Shown: positions 21,140 through 28,073 of the stretch, piece after piece
Numbering within the stretch: position 1 is the first letter of the stretch
How the letters are laid out: every line of letters begins with the position of its first letter
Source: Fonticula alba ATCC 38817
Taxonomy: Eukaryota; Protista; Nucleariida
Direction: 5' to 3' (one strand)
Assembly (NCBI GenBank): GCA_000388065.2
Contig: KB932208.1
Length of the DNA: 28,073 bases
Notes under the pieces: generated by a model
The model's database searches: none
The model's input: only the letters and a program-made list of their open reading frames with translations
What the model was told of the DNA's origin: nothing
Made by a program: the position numbers and the translations under genes

Positions 21140-24100
21140 TGGAAAGGGCCACGCACTGAAGCCAGACAAGCAGCTCGGGCAGATGGCGCGAGGCCCAGAA
21201 GCCAATCCGACAGCCGCTGTGCCGGCGCTGAACGACCACACCATTGATCGCAAGATCCGGGTGCTCGGCAGCCAGGGCGGCGGTGGACAGGCGCAGGGCA
21301 TCGCCGAGACGAGGACCGCCGAGAATCGGCGACAGAACCTCATGCGTCAGGGCCAAGTCAGCGGGGGACACCGGCTGGCGCATCTGCTTCAGGACCGACA
21401 TCATGGCGTTCGCACGGTCCACATCGGCTGGGCGATGCGCATGCAGAGTGGACAGCAGCGTGCCGGACACGGCACCGAGGGTCATGAAGTCCAGGAAGGC
21501 CTCGCGCAGGGATGTGAAGCTTCGCTCATGCGAGCGGTCGTCGGCCGCGAAGGGGATGAACACGAAATAGTGACAGCCCTTCAGGCAAAAAAAAGCGGGG
21601 ACACAGGAGGGGGGGAGGAAAGAGAGAGGGGGAGACGAAGCGGCGAGGGGGCAAAGTGGCTGATGTCAGAAAAGCCGATGCATAGGGGGGAGAGAGAGAG
21701 AGAGAGAGAGAAAGAAAGAGGCAGGGGGGGGGAGAAATCAAGAAAGAAGAGACATACCCCGCTGTTTTGCGGGTGGCTCCAGTCCGGGAGGATGTCATTG
21801 CGGAACATCAGCATCTGAGAGCGGAAGGGGAACTCCTGGGATACCGGGCTCTCGAGATTAGACAGGACGGTGAACATCTCGGCCGGGGTCTGCATCACGG
21901 CCAGCGGGACCATGCACCGGTTGTACAACTCGTCAGCCGGCAGGCGCAGCGCCTGTCCCGGGCTCTGCAGGGCCGCCGCGGCCTGAGCCGCGGCCACCTG
22001 CTGCTGCAAGCCCGCCTGCTCTTGGACATTCGGCAGGAAGTACACGGTCCAGGGGAAGCGGAAAGGCTGCCGCAGGGCAGGGCTGTCCCCGGACCGGGGC
22101 TCGGCCGGCAGGAAGTCCACCGCAGGTGGCGGGCTGGCCGGGTAGGCCCGAGCCACGATGGCAGCCACGGTGGCCGCCGAGCATGGCCGATCGGCCGGGG
22201 CCACCGCCGAGAAGGACTCCCCAGCCCCAGAACAGGGGCCAGTTCCCGGGTGCTGGAGCTGCAGGCCTTGCTGCTGCTGCTGCTGCTGAACCAGAGACCC
22301 GCGCTCGAAGAGAGTTGGCGCCGGGGCTCCCGAGGCCGAGGGGCCTGGGATGTCCGAACGGGAGATGCCGGCAAAGTCGCGACCGGCGGTGCGCCCGGGG
22401 CCAGCCGTACCGGCTGCCGAGGAGGGCGTGCCAATCGCCGGGTTGCCGCTGCCGGCTGCGACGCCGGGGGCCGAGCTGAGGGAACTGGTGACGAAAGGAC
22501 CACCACGACCGAGCTCACGGCCGAGGGACGATGCGGAGCTGGGAACCGGGCTCGAGACCGAGGCGGAAGAGGTGGCCGAGCTGCTGCTGCCGCCGCCGCC
22601 GCCGCCGATGTTCTCACCACGACCAAAGGGATTGGCGGGCTTGTCGGTCAGGGTGGCCGGGGCCAGAGGAGCCGGCGCAGCAGCAGCACCGGCCGCCGGG
22701 GCATCGGCAGCCGGAGTGGCGGCATTTGCGACGGCAGCCATGGTCGCAGGCGTGACGGAAGTGGCAGAGGCAGGCGGCGAGGCCTGGCGCGCCGGGCGTG
22801 GCAGGCCCAGGCCGGTGATCGGCTGCAGGAGCGAGCGGCTGGGACTGATGGCGGCGGCCGGGGAAAGGGCGCTGGCCGCCACGGCCGAGCCGGAAGTGCC
22901 GGTGGTAGCGGCCGACGGGCCAGCCGAGGAGGCGGACGGGGACAAGGAGGAGGAGGAGGAGGAGGAAGAAGAAGAGCAAGTCGCGGGCGATGCCGTCGAG
23001 TTCAGGAGATCCTGCGGGTGAGGGGCACCACTGCCGTCGGTGTCCTCGATGACCGGGACCCACACACCGGAGTCCAGCTGACGCATGGTGGACATGGTGA
23101 TGGTCTCGACCGTCGGCGTGGCAACATACACCCCGGAGGGGGTGGCCTCCAGGTTGTCGGTAACCTCGTAGACGGGCTCGGGCCGGGCAACTGGACGACT
23201 GGCCGTTGGCCGAGCCGGAGTCACTGGGGCCGGGGCCGAAGCCGAAGCCGAAGCCGAAGCCGAAGCCGGAGCGGCGTCGCCACCGCCCACCGGGGCCGGA
23301 GTGGCCATCGGCCCAGCCGAGGCAGCCACCGAATCGACCTCGGCCTCATCGGCCACGGGCCGGGATGCGGCCACATGGCCGACTTCCCCCTGCAGGGTCT
23401 GGATGCTGATGGCCTGCGAGGACCAGGACTCCTCGATGAGGTTGGCTGCCGAGGAGGGCTCCGCCATCGACACGTGCGACCGCGCGGACGGGGCATCCGC
23501 CTCGGCGGAGGTCGAGCCTGGTGACGCGGAGGAAGTGGCCCCGCCGAGGGCACGCTTCCCGGCAAGCAGCATGAGCGGCGACTGCCGGGGGAGCACCCCA
23601 CTGGAGGAGGACGAAGAGCCGAGGGGGGCTGCCGCGTCCGCCGGAGAGGAGGCCCGGCTGCCGCCGCGAGTGCGCTGCTTGGAGCCAGGCGCCTGGTGCT
23701 GCTGCTGCTGAGGGCCCGAGGGGCCAACGCTCGGCGCCACTGTGGCCGTGGTGGCCGAGATGCCAGGACGCGCGTCCGAAGTGGCAGCACCCCGCGCGGC
23801 CGGGGGAGCCGACGCCGAGACGGTCGATGTGAAGCTCGAGGGGGAATCCCGCGGGGCCAGGTCCGGAGACATTGCGGGGGCAGCCTTCTTGGCGACTGGC
23901 GGCTGCGGCTGCGGCTGCGGCTGCGGCTGCGNNNNNNNNNNNNNNNNNNNNNNNNNNNNNNNNNNNNNNNNNNNNNNNNNNNNNNNNNNNNNNNNNNNNN
24001 NNNNNNNNNNNNNNNNNNNNNNNNNNNNNNNNNNNNNNNNNNNNNNNNNNNNNNNNNNNNNNNNNNNNNNNNNNNNNNNNNNNNNNNNNNNNNNNNNNNN

Positions 24101-25802
24101 NNNNNNNNNNNNNNNNNNNNNNNNNNNNNNNNNNNNCTGCGACTGCGACTGCGACTGCGACTGCGACTGCGGCGGTGGCTGCATATGCGGCAGGGAATGC
24201 ATATGCGGCTGCGGCTGCTGCGGCTGCTGCTCGACCATCATCTGACGCGGGAGGTATGCCCCAGGAACTGGGGGGTAGTGCTGCTGCATGGACACAGGAG
24301 GATACTGCGGATGAGGGAAGGACTGCGGAGGCGCCAACAACGTGTGGTGGTGAGCATGGGGATGGTGCGCCGGCAGGAAGGCCCCCTGCTGAGCATGGTG
24401 GGGCATAGCTGGGTAGCCGGGCTGGGGCGGCAGCAGAACCAGATGAGAGTGCTGTCCGGGGTACGGATGGAGCAACAGTTGCTGCTGCTGCTGCTGCTGT
24501 TGCTGCTGGGACTGCGACTGCGGCTGCGGCTGCGGCTGCGGCTGGGATGGTGGCTGCTGGTAAGTCGAGTGGAACATGTGCTGCTGGCCGCGGCCGGTGG
24601 TCGGTGGGGCAAACCCGGCCCCCGGGTGGCCCTGACCGGAGAGCGGGGCAAATGCCCCGCCAGTCGGGTGCGGCCTCACGGGGTGATGCGTGTCCGGCCC
24701 GGCCACTGGTGGCCGAGCATGGTGGTGCTGTGCCGCGAGCGGCCGAACTCCTGGGACCCCGGGACCGGGAGCCATGTGCTCGGCAGCCGCCGGGGCCGGT
24801 GAGGGGGTGCGGCCATGGCCACCGGCACGCTCAGCAGCACGCTCGGCGGCCCTGTTGCGCCTGTTGCGCTGCTTGCCGGAGGGAGGCGCCGATCCGCCGG
24901 GCGCAGGGGACGCCTGCTTCGGCGAGTCGGCCACCACCGGAGTGGCGGCGCCCTTGCCCTTGGCCGGCTTGTCCTTGCGGGGCTGCGACTGCGACTGCGA
25001 CTGCGACTGCGACTGCGACTGCGACTGCGACTGCGACTGCGACTGCGACTGCGACTGCGGGGATTGGCCGGCATGGGCACCGGTGTCGGGGCGGCCCTGC
25101 TTGTCCTTCCGACCGGAACGAGAGCCTCCGGCCTTTGGGCCCTTTTCGGGCCTGTCGGGCTTTTCAGCCTTATCAGCCTTATCGGCCTTTTGGGAGGTGG
25201 GGGCGGGAGAATCCGGGGTTGGAGACGAGTGCGCCTGCTGCTGGCGCTGCTTGCGTGAAGCCTTTGGCTGCTGGCCCTGCTGCTGGCCCTGCTGCTGATT
25301 CTGCGGCTGGCTCTGGGGCTGGCTCGGTTTGCCAGCGGCAGAGGAGCCGGCCTGGCCGCGGGACTTGCCCTGCTTGCCGCCAGGCGAAGGGCCACCAGCC
25401 TTCGCAGGGGCATCCTTCGCAGAGCGAGACCCCTTACCACCGGAAGGGCCCCTGCCAGCGGCATCCGCAGGGGAGACACCCGGGACGGTGGAAGGGGAAG
25501 AGGCGGCGGCCGCGGCCGCGGCCGCGGCACTGGTGCTCGTTGTCCGGCGCGCGGAGAAGGCCAGACCGACGGTTGGCTCGCCGGTCCCCGGGGCCGGGGA
25601 CATGCCAGAGCCCTTGCCCCCACGGGGGGCATGGCTCTTGCCGCCGGCCGAGCTCGCGGCAGGAGCCGCAGCAGGCGCCTTCGGGCGGGCTGTCGATCCC
25701 GTGCTTCCGGCCTTGGGCGCGGCGGCAGGGGGAGTAGGTTGCATGACGGAAACGGGTCTCTCCCGGGTCGGGTGAGGGGAGGGGGGCTGGGTGATGCTCA
25801 AG
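20898..25802 (-). CDS. Divergent eIF4E-family protein with ~1,200 aa low-complexity N-terminal region (~1,500 aa; termini uncertain)
   Basis: Large exon 25802(or ATG 25744)-21758 crossing a 205-N gap, then 21578-21157 and 20985-20898(TAA). The C-terminal part aligns by eye to eIF4E: QPFRFPWTVYF (cf. HPLQNRWALWF), MFRNDILPDWSHPQNSGG (cf. LFKDGIEPMWEDEKNKRGG), INGVVVQRRHSGCRIGFW (cf. VCGAVVNVRAKGDKIAIW). An acceptor at 25803 implies possible upstream exon(s) in the 25878-26801 gap. Confidence 0.75.
24983..25059 (-). repeat. Coding hexamer repeat (CAGTCG)n encoding (QS)n; related QP and QS arrays flank the 23932-24136 gap and an (AS)n array lies at ~23235-23266
   Basis: About 13 CTGCGA units on the + strand, in frame with gene 7. 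Confidence 0.92.
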
Positions 25803-25877
25803 CTGGGAGAAGGGGAAGGGGGAGAATGAAAGGTCTATGACACAAGGACAGGGCCAGGTCGCTCGCTGCTTTTGGGA

Positions 25878-26801
25878 NNNNNNNNNNNNNNNNNNNNNNN
25901 NNNNNNNNNNNNNNNNNNNNNNNNNNNNNNNNNNNNNNNNNNNNNNNNNNNNNNNNNNNNNNNNNNNNNNNNNNNNNNNNNNNNNNNNNNNNNNNNNNNN
26001 NNNNNNNNNNNNNNNNNNNNNNNNNNNNNNNNNNNNNNNNNNNNNNNNNNNNNNNNNNNNNNNNNNNNNNNNNNNNNNNNNNNNNNNNNNNNNNNNNNNN
26101 NNNNNNNNNNNNNNNNNNNNNNNNNNNNNNNNNNNNNNNNNNNNNNNNNNNNNNNNNNNNNNNNNNNNNNNNNNNNNNNNNNNNNNNNNNNNNNNNNNNN
26201 NNNNNNNNNNNNNNNNNNNNNNNNNNNNNNNNNNNNNNNNNNNNNNNNNNNNNNNNNNNNNNNNNNNNNNNNNNNNNNNNNNNNNNNNNNNNNNNNNNNN
26301 NNNNNNNNNNNNNNNNNNNNNNNNNNNNNNNNNNNNNNNNNNNNNNNNNNNNNNNNNNNNNNNNNNNNNNNNNNNNNNNNNNNNNNNNNNNNNNNNNNNN
26401 NNNNNNNNNNNNNNNNNNNNNNNNNNNNNNNNNNNNNNNNNNNNNNNNNNNNNNNNNNNNNNNNNNNNNNNNNNNNNNNNNNNNNNNNNNNNNNNNNNNN
26501 NNNNNNNNNNNNNNNNNNNNNNNNNNNNNNNNNNNNNNNNNNNNNNNNNNNNNNNNNNNNNNNNNNNNNNNNNNNNNNNNNNNNNNNNNNNNNNNNNNNN
26601 NNNNNNNNNNNNNNNNNNNNNNNNNNNNNNNNNNNNNNNNNNNNNNNNNNNNNNNNNNNNNNNNNNNNNNNNNNNNNNNNNNNNNNNNNNNNNNNNNNNN
26701 NNNNNNNNNNNNNNNNNNNNNNNNNNNNNNNNNNNNNNNNNNNNNNNNNNNNNNNNNNNNNNNNNNNNNNNNNNNNNNNNNNNNNNNNNNNNNNNNNNNN
26801 N
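25878..26801. other. Assembly gap (largest); other gaps at 7490-7552, 16997-17006, 17788-18171, 19175-19218, 23932-24136
   Basis: Runs of N, mostly flanked by homopolymers or microsatellites. Confidence 1.
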
Positions 26802-28073
26802 GAGGGAGCACCGCCGGTGCCGACGGCTGCCGGCCGTCTTCTTGTCGGCGTTAGTCTCCTTTTGGCGCTCCCCTTCACGCATTCACGCATGCATATACAC
26901 ACGGACCGGGAGAAACGGCCTGGCTCTGTCGCCCGCATCCTCCGTCCCCCCCTCCCCCGCGGCAGAAGGGACAAGCAAAAACACGCCCCAACCTCTCGAG
27001 AGACGCATGCCGGGGGCGTTCGACACGCACGCGTTGGGCCCTCTCTCTCCAGCCTCGCCCCCTGTCTCGCGGGTGGATAGGGTCACACACATATGTTGGC
27101 TTCGTCCCTCGGCCGATACCCCCCGCCCCCGAAAGACCGGCTCGCACAAGGATGTGGGCACGGAATTTTTCCAACGGACACTTCTCCACACCCGGAGTGC
27201 GCATCCCTGGGGCGCGGGGGATGCCGCCGATCCGGGCAGCCGGGGGCGACTCGCCACCCCCCCCCCCCGCTCCTACCCCGAGAGGGGGTCGCGGCCAGCA
27301 AAGCGAGACCGACGCGCCCGGGCACGAGCATATATATCCGTCCTGGGCACCCTCTCTCCCCCACTCGCACCAGACACCCCGCACACGCCCCGCCGCTAGA
27401 GACACTCTTGGGAACTACTGGCTGTTCTGCTATCTCGGGGGCGGGGGGGGGACGTCTGGCGAGACTCCTGCTCTCTCGGCCTCCCCTTCGCGCGTGTCGC
27501 GATCCCATCGCTGCCCCTCCCCTCTTCGGAATCCCCCCCCCAGTTGAGAAGATGCTGGTGCATACACACACACACACACACACACACCTCCTCCCCGGCC
27601 AAGTGTAACATTGCTCGACGCCCCCGCGACGAATGGAAATACGACGTAATCGAACGCCTTTCGAGTTAATGTGTTGTGTGATTTTGATGGCACGTGGACG
27701 CGGCGTGATGTGGGGCCGGCGGGGCCGGCGGCGGAAGCATCTCGAAGGTGTCTCCCAGCGTGCAAGGGGGCCTGGCGAACGGGTCGGACGGAGGGGGGCG
27801 TTCCACGCCCTCCAACACTGTCGCCTCTTCTCCCCCCCGCCCCTCCCCATCTGGCCTCCAAAAGGGGGGGGGGGGAACGGGGGCCGAGGTAGCTTGGCTT
27901 AGGTACAGTAACCGAGGGATCATACCGGATGATGTGACAGCAAGGGGGGGGAGGGATTACAAGAGAAAGAAATGGGGCGGCCAATAAATAAATATTTCGG
28001 CTATTTGTGCGTACCCCGGCGTATTTCTCGAAAGCACGGATCCCGGCCTGAACCGGAGGGGCAGAGGCGTGGC

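Noticed and set aside
19254-21343. Long - strand ORFs of 478 and 573 aa
   Set aside because: Made of translated microsatellites (LSLSLS, VCVCV) and GC-rich filler; they overlap gene 7 introns in the wrong frame.
21767-25737. Long + strand ORFs antisense to gene 7 (585, 368, 396 aa)
   Set aside because: Shadow frames expected in high-GC coding DNA; no domain content.
26810-26882. MREGERQKETNADKK... as the first exon of gene 7
   Set aside because: Phase-compatible only through a weak GTGCTC donor; separated by a 924-N gap, and local repeat polarity argues against it.
25434-27399. ORFs spanning long N runs (also 17747-18436)
   Set aside because: Artefacts of translating assembly gaps as X.

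Overview
Eukaryotic, GC-rich, intron-dense genomic DNA full of simple repeats, with six assembly gaps. The style (GTGCGT donors, microsatellite-filled introns) suggests a Fonticula-like opisthokont protist; this is inference only. Splicing the sequence by hand gave seven protein-coding genes: (1) + strand hypothetical tail-anchored membrane protein, 5' end uncertain; (2) - strand Mediator subunit MED4; (3) - strand 26S proteasome ATPase RPT4/PSMC6; (4) - strand mitochondrial ribosomal protein mL43; (5) + strand ~983 aa TM / FN3-like / coiled-coil protein; (6) - strand phosphoglycerate kinase; (7) - strand ~1,500 aa protein with a highly divergent eIF4E-fold domain at the C-terminus of a ~1,200 aa low-complexity Q/P/S-rich region. 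Most ORFs in the supplied track are shadow frames or intron read-through. I found no supportable tRNA, rRNA, CRISPR array or mobile element. The strongest leads are the giant degenerate eIF4E, a 5' splice-site consensus dominated by C at +4, and microsatellites running up to 3' splice sites.
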